A stretch of DNA of 64,000 nucleotides from Octopus bimaculoides (Eukaryota). Both the position numbers and the translations under genes were made by a program. Location of the stretch: contig NC_068983.1 of the NCBI RefSeq assembly GCF_001194135.2, forward strand, positions 103,824,754 through 103,888,753. The letters are read 5' to 3'. The notes beneath the pieces were generated by a model. It worked only from the letters and a program-made list of their open reading frames with translations. It was not told the origin of the DNA and did no database searches. Numbering within the stretch: the first letter of the stretch is position 1; every line of letters starts with the position of its first letter. Of this stretch, positions 23,339 through 36,291 are shown in pieces.

Positions 23339-24264
23339 TATAATAAGTACATGGTCAGCTAGTTAAATCACAATTATTGTATGCATGCCATATTACACAT
23401 GGTGGCAAAAGCATACTACCTGAGTTACCATCATACAAGAATAACACTAGATTTTACATATCTGCTACATACTCTAAACTTACAAAGCTTTCCATTTGTT
23501 CTGATACATTTCTTTATAGAGAACATGCTGAGAAGTTTGAATACTGCATCTGAAGCTAAGTCTGACCAAAATAATCTTTTAACCTATACCTTATCATTAG
23601 TGGTAGTATGAACAAGTTGTGTAATTGCGTCATGTGTGTTAGACATAAAAAGTTCTACAAAATGGTAACAGAATTAGTTAACTAGAAAAGGATTTTTTTT
23701 TAAATGGTAAATTTATATTTTGTTTTGTTCAGAGTTAATCAAAGAAAGAAAGTTAATGCTCACGACTTTTGTAGCTATTACAAACTTCAGACTTGTAAAA
23801 TTGGATGTGGTAGCTGACCAACTTGAATATATGCTGGTCAATGATTGCAAGAAAAATGTGGGTGGAGACGAAACTGGGGTGGAGTGTCTGAGCCAATGTT
23901 TGTCACAGAATGAATTCAGCTAAACGTGCCCAAGGACCAGGTGGTTATGATAAACTTGGAGTCATGTGTGAAGTTTACCATTCAAATGTTTGATCAAATA
24001 TAAGATCTAGTGCAATCTTTTACCTTTCATTTTTCCCCAGATAAAATAATTAGTTGTAACATGCTAAGGAGTCAACTCACATTATAGAGCATTTGTTCTT
24101 ACAAAGAAAGCTATATGCTCAAAAGATAAGTTCTTTCTTAATGTCACTGATAAAGGCATGTGCATCATAACCTCCCATTTTCTACTACTTAATGAACCTT
24201 ATACTTATGTATAAAGGAATCACATGCACAGACAGACAAACACACATACACACAAGTTTGATAC

Positions 24265-24515
24265 CTGACAGCACATTGTATCCTTGAGCAAGACACTTAA
24301 TTTCACTCAATCAACTCAACTGGCAAAAATGAGTGGTACCTGTATTTCAAAGGGCCAGGCTTATCACGTTCTGTGTCATGCTGAATTTCCTCAAGAATTA
24401 CGTTAAAGGTACACGTGTCTGTGAAGTCCTCAGCCACTTGCACATTAATTTTACAAGCAGGCTGTTCCATTGATTGGATCAACTGGAACACTTATCATCA
24501 TAACTGTTGGAGTGT
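24265..24515 (+). mobile_element. SINE family B, head missing
   Basis: gtatccttgagcaagacac...tcaaagggccaggcttatcacgttctgtgtcatgctgaat. Confidence 0.8.
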
Positions 24516-24529
24516 CAGAAAAAGAAACA

Positions 24530-25400
24530 GGCTTCAGTCTGCTTTGACTTGATTTCTACAGCTGGGTGCCCTTCCTAATGCCAACCACTCTACAGAGTGT
24601 ACAGGGTGCCCTTAATGTGTCACATGCACGGGTGCTTTCTACATCATATCACTGGCACAGATGCCTTTTATGTGTCACCAGCACGGATACCTTTTATGTG
24701 TCACCTGCACAGGTGACTTTTATGTGTCATTAGCACTGGCCGTGACTGTGATTTCACTTGGCTTGATGTGTCTTCTCAAGCACAGTAAATCACCAAAAGT
24801 CTTGGTCACTTGTCATCACCTCTGTGAGACTCAACATCCTAAGATCATATTTCACCACCTCATCCTACACCTTCCTGGGTCTACCTCTTCCATAGGTTCC
24901 CTCCACAGTAAGAGATCTGTACTTTTTTATGCAGCTCTTCTCATCCATATACATCAGATGGTTATGCCAGCACAGTTTTCTCTTTTGAACACTACATCTG
25001 ATGCTTCTTATACCCAATTTTCTCTTTAAGGCATTTACGCTGTTGTATGTGCACACTGACATTGAACATCCAGCTTCATTTCTTTCAAGCCTTTGCATGT
25101 CCTCTGTAGTCACAACCCATTTTGCACTGCCATGTAGCATGGTTGTTCTCACACAAGCATCATACAATTATCCTCTCACTCTGATGGAAAAGCGCTTTGT
25201 TACCAACAAAGTTGGCCTCTCTCTGAACTTTTCCCAGCCCGAGCTTATTATAGCAGCTACACTTTCAGAGCATCCTCCTCCACTGCTGATTTGGTCATCT
25301 AGGTAATGGAAGCTATTTACCACTTCTAGATATCCCCCTGGGCGTTTGATGTAGTTTACTCTTTGTACACTCCTAATATTTATTGTGCCTATACATCTGC
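24530..25400 (-). mobile_element. RTE-type LINE fragment (post-RT region, ORF end and tail)
   Basis: ORF 24865-25167 reads YDACVRTTMLHGSAKWVVTTEDMQRLERNEA...LGIRSIRCSVQKRKLCWHNHL..MDEKSCIKKYRSLTVEGTYGRGRPRKV. Confidence 0.88.
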
Positions 25401-25592
25401 CACTATATGTATATATAATTGTAGGTTTGTATGCTTATGTATGAACCCGAGACCTTGTTGGTACTCAAGTACATGATCATTAGGTTCCAGGGTTCTATTC
25501 CTGGACCAGGCAGTGCCTTGTGTCTTTCATTTCATGTTGCTTTGGTCAATCTACTCTCCTGAAATGGAATATATGCCAAGTGCCAATGCAGT

Positions 25593-25626
<34 letters not shown>

Positions 25627-25959
25627 GATATCATATGTTTAATATTCTGTTTGACCAAAAGTGAGAGGGCTAAGAGGATATCTTTGTCTACCTGTAGATT
25701 ATGTAGGTACCTAAAATAATTAGAGGAAGCATAAGAATTACTACCAAATAATATTTAATTGTAAATGATGGTTAGCTGTACTTACACGCACAAAAAATGT
25801 ACTGAATGAAGAACTCAGTATTGATTGTAGAGTCAAAATAATATTTATTGCCTCTGGTGACAGTTTACTTTGAAGTTCTTTGGACGTTAGCAACTTAAAT
25901 TCATTTTAAGAAGCCAGTATTGGTGAAACTTCAAAGAATACTGTCAACACTGAAAATAA

Positions 25960-26140
<181 letters not shown>

Positions 26141-26298
26141 ATTTAGCATCTGCTTTCCATTTTCCATGCTGACATAGGTTGGATGGTTTGACATGCAGCA
26201 CTGGCATGGGTGTGTTTACACAACACTGACATGGGTGCTTTTTATGTGACACCACCACCTGAAAAGACAAGCCTGTATATATGAATATATATATATAT

Positions 26299-27510
26299 AT
26301 GGTCATTAAGAATGAAATGTCCAATTTTTTTATGCATCAAGTTTGACAGTTGTTAACTCTAATGTTTTATCCTGACAATTCTTTGTTTTACAACATTGAA
26401 GAGTTACATCATCACTTTTCGAAATGCAATCCATGGTGTCTGGTTATATTGTGAGTTTTCTCTTGTAAATCAATTTTTGTGAATTCATGAATAGATCAAA
26501 ATTTCGTGTTGTTTATGAATATGAGTACCGTCACGGAACCAATGCATCCCAAACAGCTCGAAACATCAGTGAGGTGTTTGGTGAAGATGTAGCGAATGAG
26601 CACACTGTACGTCAATGGTTTGAGAAGTTCCAGTCTGGTGACTTCTCTTTTTAAAATCAGCCCTGTGGCAGACCTGAGACCAAGGTGGATAATGAAGAGC
26701 TGGAAACTGTAGTGGAAGTGGATACATCTCAAACTATGCGTGAGTTAGCAGTAAGGTATGATTTCTCAATTCCAACTGTATTGAACCATCTGAAACAAAA
26801 TGGCAAGGTAAAGAAGCTGGACAAGTGGGTACCACATGAACTGAACGAGCATCAAATGTCACATTGTCTTGAAATTTGCTGTTCTTTGCTGTCACGGAAT
26901 AAAAGTGAACCATTTTTGCATCGTATTGTTACATGTGATAAAAAATGGATTCTTTTTAACAATAGCAAGCATTCTGCATGGTGGTTGGATAGAGACGAAG
27001 TGCCAAAACACAATCCAAGAAAGAATATTCACCAAAAAAAGCTAATGGTGTCTATTTGCTGGTCCAGCACTAGTGTCATCCACTACAGCTTCATGAGACC
27101 TGGTAAGCCAATTACAGCAGATGTATACATCAACCAGCTGGATAAAATGATGAGTGAACTTGAAATTAAACAACCGAGATTGGTCAATAGAGACAGGCCA
27201 ATTCTTTTGCAAGACAATGCTCGACCACATGTTGCACAAAGAAGGCTACTCAAGTTACAGGAACTGAACTTGGAAGTACTCTGTCATCCACCATATTCAC
27301 CAAACCTTGGTCCAACTTTTGGCAAGGGAAAAAAACTTCAAATCTGAAGAAGATGCAAAAACAGCCTTTCGTGATTTCATCACCTGTTGCTCTCCAGAAT
27401 TCTTTGCTGCCAGCATAAATGAGTTATTAATAAAATGGTAAAATTTTGTTGATAATTTAAGTGCATACTTTGATTAACTGTATTGCTTTTCGTTAAGATA
27501 AAGTAAAATA
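26299..27510 (+). mobile_element. Near-intact mariner element; transposase pseudogene from ATG 26487
   Basis: MNRSKFRVVYEYEYRHGTNASQTARNISEVFG..FEKFQSGDFSF*(TAA 26652) continues in frame into ORF 26685-27347 with WVPHEL, VTCD, QDNARPH and HPPYSPNL. The third-D segment is lost. The right end runs into a gap. Confidence 0.93.
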
Positions 27511-27727
27511 NNNNNNNNNNNNNNNNNNNNNNNNNNNNNNNNNNNNNNNNNNNNNNNNNNNNNNNNNNNNNNNNNNNNNNNNNNNNNNNNNNNNNNNNNN
27601 NNNNNNNNNNNNNNNNNNNNNNNNNNNNNNNNNNNNNNNNNNNNNNNNNNNNNNNNNNNNNNNNNNNNNNNNNNNNNNNNNNNNNNNNNNNNNNNNNNNN
27701 NNNNNNNNNNNNNNNNNNNNNNNNNNN

Positions 27728-27809
<82 letters not shown>

Positions 27810-28046
27810 TGTGTGTTTTGTGTGCTTTGTGTGTGCTCTTGTCTAGACATCACATGATGGTTGTAAATGATTATCATCATAGAAGTAAGGTTGTGTTTGT
27901 TTCCAGTCTTATTTGAAAAAACACGGAGAAATATAAACCTTGCTTTGAAACAAGTGTGGGTTGGCACCAGGAGAGCAAACAGCTGTAGAAAATCTGCTTC
28001 AACAAATTCTGTCTGCTCCATACAAGCATAGTAAAGTAGACATTAA

Positions 28047-28215
28047 ATGATGATGATGATGACAACAATGACGATGATGATGATGACAATGATGATGATG
28101 ATGATGATGATGACGACAACAATGATGATCATAATGATGATGACAATGACGACGATGACGATGATGATAATGATGATGACAATGATGGTGATGGTGATGT
28201 TGATGGTAGCGATAC
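28047..28215. repeat. (GAT/GAC/AAT)n tail of an RTE-type 3' end (27935-28060)
   Basis: Read directly. Confidence 0.8.
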
Positions 28216-28239
28216 TGATGGGACAGTTGAATCTGTAGT

Positions 28240-29130
28240 AGAATTAGAAGAGAAATTGAAGGTGTAGAAGTAAAACTTGGAATCAAAGGGTTTTAAAGTT
28301 AACTTAGCAAAGACCAAAGTTCTAGTAAGCAGGAAAACAGACATGATACTAATCCCTTCAGGAAAATGGTTCTGCTTGATAAGCAGAAAAAGGCATAAGA
28401 AGAAATTACAGTGTACCCAGTACAAACACATAAGAGGTACAAAGGAATTACAGGAAGGTTAACAAAGAAAGTAGAGTTTGTTTGTGGTAAATGTGCAGGA
28501 GTAATAAATACTGAGAACACACAGGAAACAGATTTTCTTGAATGCCCAGGAGAATCCTTAGATATAGTAGATAGTTTCTGTTACCTAGGTGACCTAATTT
28601 GCAGTGGAGGGTGATGTTCTGAAAGTATAACTGTGAGAATAAGAAGGTTCAGAGAGCTGTTACCTCTGTTGGGAACAAAAGGCTTCTCTCTCAGACTGAA
28701 ATGCAGATTGTATGAGGCTTGTGTACAAACAACAATGCTAGTGAGATGTGGGAGAGGATATGCATAAATTAGAAAGAAAGAAAGAATGAAATTAGCATAT
28801 TCCACTGGATGTGTAATGTCAATGTGCATGTATGACAAAGTGCAAGTATGTTGAGAGAAAAACTGGGTGCAAGAGGTATCAGATGTAGTGTGCAAGAGAG
28901 ATGTGCTGAAATGGTTATGTGATGCACATGGATGAGGACAGCTGTATAAAAAAAGTATCAATCACTAACTGTGGATGAAACCTGTGGAAGAGGGAGATCC
29001 AGGAAGACATGGGCTGATGTAGCAAAAAACTGATCTCAGGATGTTGAACTTCATGTAGAAGATGACAAAAGACTGAAATGATTGATGATTTTCTCTGCTT
29101 GAAAAGACCTATCTATCCAAGCAAAAAATA
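28240..29130 (+). mobile_element. RTE-type LINE fragment (RT C-terminus to ORF end)
   Basis: LESKGFKVNLAKTKVLVS, DSFCYLGDLICSGG, RELLPLLGTKGFSLRLKCRLYEACVQTTML, CGRGRSRKTWADV. Confidence 0.88.
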
Positions 29131-29159
29131 TATCCTAAAAAACGTATTGTTTATGTCTG

Positions 29160-29490
29160 TGTGAAGGCACGTGGCTTAGTGGTTGGGGTATGCAGCTCAC
29201 AATCATAAGGTCATGAGTTCAATTCCCAGATGCATGTTGTGTCCTTGAGCAAGATAGTTTATTTCATGCTGCTCCAGTCCACTCAGCTGACAAAAATGAG
29301 TTGTACCTGTATTTCAAAGGGCCAGCCTTGTCACATTTTGTGTCACACTGAACCTCCTTGTGAACTACATTAAGGTTACACATGTTGATAGAGTGCTCAG
29401 CCATATGCATGTTAATTTCATGAGCAGGCTGCTCCACTGAACGATCAATTGGAACCCTCATCATCATAGCTGACAAAGTGCCAGTGTAGC
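29160..29490 (+). mobile_element. Full-length SINE family B
   Basis: tRNA-like head with A box tggcttagtgg and B box gagttcaattcc. Further copies at 32715-32817(-), 34565-34905(-) and 41160-41300(+). Confidence 0.9.
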
Positions 29491-29974
29491 AGTATGTCTA
29501 TACCCCAACATCTAATCTGTCCCTGTCAAAGCATCCCTACAACTTGTCTTCTTAACACCCACCCCATCACACTTTTGACTACACCACTATTTACTCATCT
29601 GCTGTAATTAAGTGAGAACAGAACAACACATATTTTATCCATCTATCTTGTGACATCAGTTATCCCTCTTTTCCTTCTGTCATTCATCCTCAATTTCATC
29701 TCTTACCACTTTATTTTCTATTGAATGCCTCTTTTTCCTGAATAACCTCTCATATCTGCCACCAACACTCTCTACCATCTTTATTCATCACTTACTTTAT
29801 CCACCCCTACATACCTCAGACCCTTGTCTCTACCACTGTACATCGATCTCTCACCTCTCCACACTTCCCATCATCTCGCAATTTCTTTTCTATCTATGCT
29901 TTTATTATACTGTCACCAATCACCCTCTTCTCCTTTACCCACTCCTCTTTCCTTCACATTCTTCCACAAACTCC

Positions 29975-30360
29975 ACAGGCACAGGTATGGCTGTGTGGTA
30001 AGAAGCTTGTTTCCCAACCACACAGTTCTGTGTTCAGTCCCACTGCATAGCACATTGGACAAGTGTCTTCTACTATAACCTCGGGTTAACCAAAGCATTG
30101 TGAATGGATCTGGTAAACGGAAACTGTAAGAAGCCAGTCATGTACATATGTGTGTGTATCTCCATGTTTATTACTTGACAACTGGTGTTGATGTGGTTAT
30201 GGCCCCCTAATTTTGTGGTCTGGCAAAAGCAACTGATAAAATAAGTACCAGGCTTAAGAAAAAAATGAGTACTGGAGTAAATTCTTTTGACTAAAAATTC
30301 TTCCAGTTGGTGCCCCAACATGGCCGCAATCTAATGACAGAAACAAGTAAAAGATAAAAG
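29975..30360 (+). mobile_element. SINE family C
   Basis: Head ggtatggctgtgtggtaagaagcttg...gttcagtccc, body aagtgtcttctactata, tail atgacagaaacaagtaaaaga. Confidence 0.85.
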
Positions 30361-31029
30361 ATAAACTACATTCATTTCTAGGTATACTCTGCTGTTTCAT
30401 AACCACCATCTTTTCTCTATTTCTAGCTGGTGGGTAACAATGTACTTCCTCTAGAGCAAGGCACATGCACCTGTTCTTTTATCATACCTTATTCTACTGC
30501 CACTTAGTATAAAGCCACCCCACTGAATACTATACGACCACTCAAGCAAGGAGTTCTGTCTTGCAAGTTACTTGGTAACCTCACTAGTGCTGGTGCAACA
30601 TAAAAAGCACCCTTTACACTCTGTAGAGTGGTTAGTGTATGGAAAGGCATCCAGCTGTAGAAACCTTACCAAAACAGACATATAAGCTTGATGCAACCCT
30701 CTGGCTTGGCAGATCCTGCCAAATCATCCAACTCATGTCAGAGTGGAAGATGAATGTTATACAATAATGATGCTAAGTATATATATATATATATACACAC
30801 ATATATGAAGTATGTATATGTATCTATGTATATTTATATACAGATATTATATGTATATTTAAAGAGAGAAAGAGAGTGAGAGAGAGAGATAGGGAGTGAG
30901 AGAGAGAGAGAGATGCTTGCTTATTAGACATACACACACAAGCATGTATATGCAAGCATCTCTGGCTTTCTCTCTTATATGTGTGTGTGAGAGAGTGGTC
31001 GTATATGTGTGCTTGAGTGGTCGTATAGT

Positions 31030-31372
31030 ATTCAGTGGGGTCGATAAATTAAGTATCAGTTATGCACTGGGGTCGATGTAATCGACTTAACCCCTTTCTC
31101 TGTCCTTGTTTGTTCCCTCTATGTTTAGCTCCTTGTGGGCAATAAAGAAATAAGAAATGTTAGCATGCCAGGCAAAATGCTTAGCGGTATTTCGTCTGTC
31201 TTTACGTTCTGAGTTCAAATTCCACCGAGGTCGGCTTTGCCTTTCATCCTTTCGGGGTTGATTAAATAAGTACCAGTTATGCACTGAGGTTGATGTAATC
31301 AACTTAATCCCTTTGTCTCTCCTTGTTTGTCTCCTCTATGTTTAGCTCTCTGTGGGCAATAAAGAAATAAGT
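31030..31372 (+). mobile_element. Two tandem 5'-truncated SINE family A copies
   Basis: The tail ...gtgggcaataaagaaataag occurs at ~31135 and ~31355. Confidence 0.85.
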
Positions 31373-32602
31373 ATGTGTNNNNNNNNNNNNNNNNNNNNNN
31401 NNNNNNNNNNNNNNNNNNNNNNNNNNNNNNNNNNNNNNNNNNNNNNNNNNNNNNNNNNNNNATATATATATATATATATATACACACACATACATGTGTG
31501 TGTGTATGCATGTGTTTGTATGTATACACACACACACACACTCACAAACACGCACACATATAGATACACACTCGCACAACTCCATTCCCACCAGAAATCA
31601 TAGCAGTAAGAAAACAATCAAGATAAAACTATTTTCAAACTTCTGATTTCATAGGATTCTAGTTGAACTAGTTTTGAAACTGCAGAGTTCCAGACGATGT
31701 TTTGCTGCACTACTAGTTCTTTAGCTGGCATGATATTTTGTGATTACCCAAGTGTATTCTTCAAAGCTCTAAGCTAAACTCAGATTTGATAACATGAAAG
31801 CCACCTGTCTATCTCTTACTTATGTCTGCAGATCTCAACATAAAAATAATTTGATACAAATATATTCCTGGAAGAGGAGAAAAGCTAAAAATGAGAATAC
31901 AATCTTGAAAAATAAATAGAGAAATTTTTCTACATGGATAAAAATAATACAAGAAATAATAATGTGAACCAAATTATTTCAAACATAAATAAGAATTTTT
32001 GGCTGTAATCTTTTAGGTTTTACTCATTCCAGTCATTGAACTGCAGTCATGCTGGAGCACTGCCTTAAAGGGTTTAGTCAAGCAAATCAACCTCAATGCT
32101 TATTTGTTAAAACTTGATACTTATTCTATTGGACACTTTTACCAATCTGATAAGTTATGGGGACATAAACAAACCAACACCGGTTGTCAAGTGGGGTGGG
32201 GGACAAACATGAACACGAAGACACTCACATAAATCTATACACACAAGCATACATCATCATCATCATCATCATCATTTAGCGTCTGTTCTCCATGTTTTCC
32301 ATGCTGGCATGGGTTTAGATAGTTTGATTGGAACTGGTAAGCCAGAGAGCTGCACCAGGCTCCAATCTGTTTTGGCTTGGTTTCTATGGCTGGATGACCT
32401 TCCTAGCACCAACCACTCCACAGAGTGTAGTGGGTGCTTTTTACATGTCACTGGCATGGATACCTTTTATGTATCACAAGCACAGGTGCTGTTTATATGT
32501 TCCCAGCACAGTTGCCTTTTACCAGCACTGACTTAATCCCTTTGTCTGTCCTTGTTTGTCCCCTCTATGTTTAGCTCCCTGTGGGCAATAAAGAAATAAG
32601 TA

Positions 32603-32670
<68 letters not shown>

Positions 32671-33148
32671 CATATATATACATATATATGCATGTATGTA
32701 TGTATATATGTATTTGTTGTTGGCACTCCGTCGCTTATGACGTCGAGGGTTCCAGTTGATCCGATAAACGGAACAGCCTGCTTGTGAAATTAACGTGCAA
32801 GTGGGTGAGCACTCCACNNNNNNNNNNNNNNNNNNNNNNNNNNNNNNNNNNNNNNNNNNNNNNNNNNNNNNNNNNNNNNNNNNNNNNNNNNNNNNNNNNN
32901 NNNNNNNNNNNNNNNNNNNNNNNNNNNNNNNNNNNNNNNNNNNNNNNNNNNNNNNNNNNNNNNNNNNNNNNNNNNNNNNNNNNNNNNNNNNNNNNNNNNN
33001 NNNNNNNNNNNNNNNNNNNNNNNNNNNNNNNNNNNNNNNNNNNNNNNNNNNNNNNNNNNNNNNNNNNNNNNNNNNNNNNNNNNNNNNNNNNNNNNNNNNN
33101 NNNNNNNNNNNNNNNNNNNNNNNNNNNNNNNNNNNNNNNNNNNNNNNN

Positions 33149-33194
<46 letters not shown>

Positions 33195-33399
33195 TATGTG
33201 TGTGTGCATGTGTTTGTATGTATACACACACACATAGATACCCACTATGATTTCACTTAGTTTGACATGTCTTCTCAAACACAGTGTTGTGGGAGGATTC
33301 TGACCACCCCATGTGACTAAAAGTGGACTGAAACATTGTTATAAAATAAAGAACTGTCAGTAGTTAAGAGTAAGCAGTTCACAGTGAGCCGTTAACGGA

Positions 33400-34070
33400 G
33401 AGCATTTAACTTCGTGTAACAGTAATCATAGTGCATCATGTGAAAACTTTCTTTCTCCCTGCTTCATTAAATTATTTATCCAACACCAGGATATAAAACA
33501 CAGCAAATCACCAAAGGTCTCAGTCACCTGACATCACCTCAAGCATATATACATGCAATAAACCACATATACAGGAAGACTTTTAACAGATGCTCAATTA
33601 AAATATCACACAGCTGCTGCCCCACTATGAACATTATCACTCATAAATAACATCAACAACCTACTCTCATTTGTAACTGTCAAGAGCTTGAAGTTGCCCA
33701 CTTGACTAGGAATGTATAATAAACTCTGTTGTATATGAGGCAGAAGTAACAGCAATGCTTCAAGATAACCTGACTGAAAAGAAGAATTACATAGGATAAT
33801 TTCAAAAATCATTATACAAGCCACCTATTTTCTTTCCAGCACATTGACAAAAGAAATCCCACTAAGTTGACTAGCCATGTACGGAGTTTGAAGACCAACT
33901 TTACACCACATATGATCAAGTGGAGCATCATGGAGAAATCTAAGTATATTTAAATCGCTGGTGTTAGACATGCACACACTACATCCCAAAACAAAGACCT
34001 TAAATACATCCCTCAATATGACAATGGCATTGTCTCCACTCTGCCCTAGGTATGAACATCATATAATGGT
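33400..34070 (+). mobile_element. Penelope-like element remnant (GIY-YIG endonuclease region)
   Basis: LICNCQ (33665), NSVVYEAEV..TEKKNYIG (33722-33795) and NPTKLTSHVRSLKTNFTPHMIKWSIMEKSKY (33855-33950) follow the PLE pattern CNC..CPL..VVY.A.V..YIG..T.LS.H...LK...IKWSI. Confidence 0.75.
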
Positions 34071-34137
34071 ATCTCTTTAACTTTGTTTACAAGATCAAAT
34101 GCTTGATCTTGTTATCTCAGATGGTCTCCCAGAACTA

Positions 34138-34181
<44 letters not shown>

Positions 34182-36257
34182 CTTTACTGTAATTGCATCT
34201 CAGTTGTTAGTTGAGATGCAGGTCTAGAAAATAGTTCATCTTTCATCAAGTGGTCTCCCACCACCACTTGACATCTTTCATCAGATGTTAAGTCTCAATA
34301 AAGCTTATGTAAGGCTTAAATTGGAGTATTGCACACTAGTGGTATTTAACCTAGTGGTATTTATAATGCCCCATTAGGGGCATTATAAGTTCGCAAGGAC
34401 ATGGCAACTGCCAAGAGGTCACTATGAAGGGTGCTGAGTGTTTAGAGAGGTCATGATATTTCTCAGAATTATAATATATAATCAGGTATAATACTCACAT
34501 TTTAAGCATATTTTCAAATACAAAAGTCTTTGTAGCAATAGAAAATAAGTAGAACATTGTGATATCAGTGAGAGAAATCGGCAATCCATTGGTTATGACG
34601 ATGAGGGTTCCAGCAGATCCAATCAATGGAACAGGCTGCTCATGAAATTAATGTGCAAGTGGCTGAGCACTCTGCAGACACACATACCCTGAATGGAGTT
34701 CTTAGGTGGATTCAGTGTGACACAGAATGCAGTGATACTGGCCCTTTGAATTACAGGTACAATTCATTTTTGCCATCTGAGTGGACTGGAACAATATGAA
34801 ATAAAGTGCCTGGCTCAAGGACACAATACGCTGCTGAGAATTGAACTCATGACCTTGCAGTTGTGAGCTAAATACTCCTAACCACTAAGACACAAGCTTT
34901 CACTAGAGAGTTAAAACATGATTGATGATGTATCGATGTGTGTTATAATTTCTTAAGTCTCTGCTTTCTTTAGTAATTTTGGTAAAAGTCTAATGTGGGG
35001 TGCACTGATCCACACAAAAAGTCTGTAAAAAGAAATATGCTGGCTGGAAGACTATGAGAAACCATGGGTATTATACCTGATTTTTTTTACTAAATAATAT
35101 TAGGAGTGGGTAAAAGAGGTACTGTGAAAGAAGTACTGAGCTGCAAAATGTTGCATACATATTCATGTCTAGGATTTTATCATTATACATACATATACAT
35201 GTGCATACACCAGAGACACATTTACATACATACACATATGCACATACAGATATATATATATATATATATANNNNNNNNNNNNNNNNNNNNNNNNNNNNNN
35301 NNNNNNNNNNNNNNNNNNNNNNNNNNNNNNNNNNNNNNNNNNNNNNNNNNNNNNNNNNNNNNNNNNNNNNNNNNNNNNNNNNNNNNNNNNNNNNNNNNNN
35401 NNNNNNNNNNNNNNNNNNNNNNNNNNNNNNNNNNNNNNNNNNNNNNNNNNNNNNNNNNNNNNNNNNNNNNNNNNNNNNNNNNNNNNNNNNNNNNNNNNNN
35501 NNNNNNNNNNNNNNNNNNNNNNNNNNNNNNNNNNNNNNNNNNNNNNNNNNNNNNNNNNNNNNNNNNNNNNNNNNNNNNNNNNNNNNNNNNNNNNNNNNNN
35601 NNNNNNNNNNNNNNNNNNNNNNNNNNNNNNNNNNNNNNNNNNNNNNNNNNNNNNNNNNNNNNNNNNNNNNNNNNNNNNNNNNNNNNNNNNNNNNNNNNNN
35701 NNNNNNNNNNNNNNNNNNNNNNNNNNNNNNNNNNNNNNNNNNNNNNNNNNNNNNNNNNNNNNNNNNNNNNNNNNNNNNNNNNNNNNNNNNNNNNNNNNNN
35801 NNNNNNNNNNNNNNNNNNNNNNNNNNNNNNNNNNNNNNNNNNNNNNNNNNNNNNNNNNNNNNNNNNNNNNNNNNNNNNNNNNNNNNNNNNNNNNNNNNNN
35901 NNNNNNNNNNNNNNNNNNNNNNNNNNNNNNNNNNNNNNNNNNNNNNNNNNNNNNNNNNNNNNNNNNNNNNNNNNNNNNNNNNNNNNNNNNNNNNNNNNNN
36001 NNNNNNNNNNNNNNNNNNNNNNNNNNNNNNNNNNNNNNNNNNNNNNNNNNNNNNNNNNNNNNNNNNNNNNNNNNNNNNNNNNNNNNNNNNNNNNNNNNNN
36101 NNNNNNNNNNNNNNNNNNNNNNNNNNNNNNNNNNNNNNNNNNNNNNNNNNNNNNNNNNNNNNNNNNNNNNNNNNNNNNNNNNNNNNNNNNNNNNNNNNNN
36201 NNNNNNNNNNATATATATATATACTTTATTTAAAAGCAGCAGAAATATAACAAAAAA

Positions 36258-36291
36258 CCGTTACTCTGAGTTTCACGTTCCCGTTCATCGG
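36258..36291 (-). ncRNA. Minimal hammerhead-ribozyme-like motif inside a 37-bp-arm inverted repeat
   Basis: Minus strand: CCGAUGA-ACG(GGAA)CGU-GAAA-CUCAGAG-UA. This gives a core with a U4C change, a 3-bp stem II, a self-complementary ACUC-A-GAGU stem III and a GUA site. Confidence 0.6.

Noticed and set aside
26487-27347. Domesticated SETMAR-like gene
   Set aside because: It has an in-frame stop, lacks the third catalytic D segment, has a transposon-like end, and shows no SET-domain exon.
29161-29235. tRNA genes at SINE heads
   Set aside because: A/B boxes are present, but no closed cloverleaf is seen and each head continues into a SINE body.
33606-34016. Minus-strand ORFs and strong acceptors suggesting host exons
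   Set aside because: The plus strand is better explained as a Penelope-like GIY-YIG remnant.
35106-36250. Long ORFs containing X runs (also at 17.5-18.1, 32.5-33.3, 42.4-42.9, 43.9-44.4 and 51.9-52.7 kb)
   Set aside because: They span N gaps and are not real reading frames.
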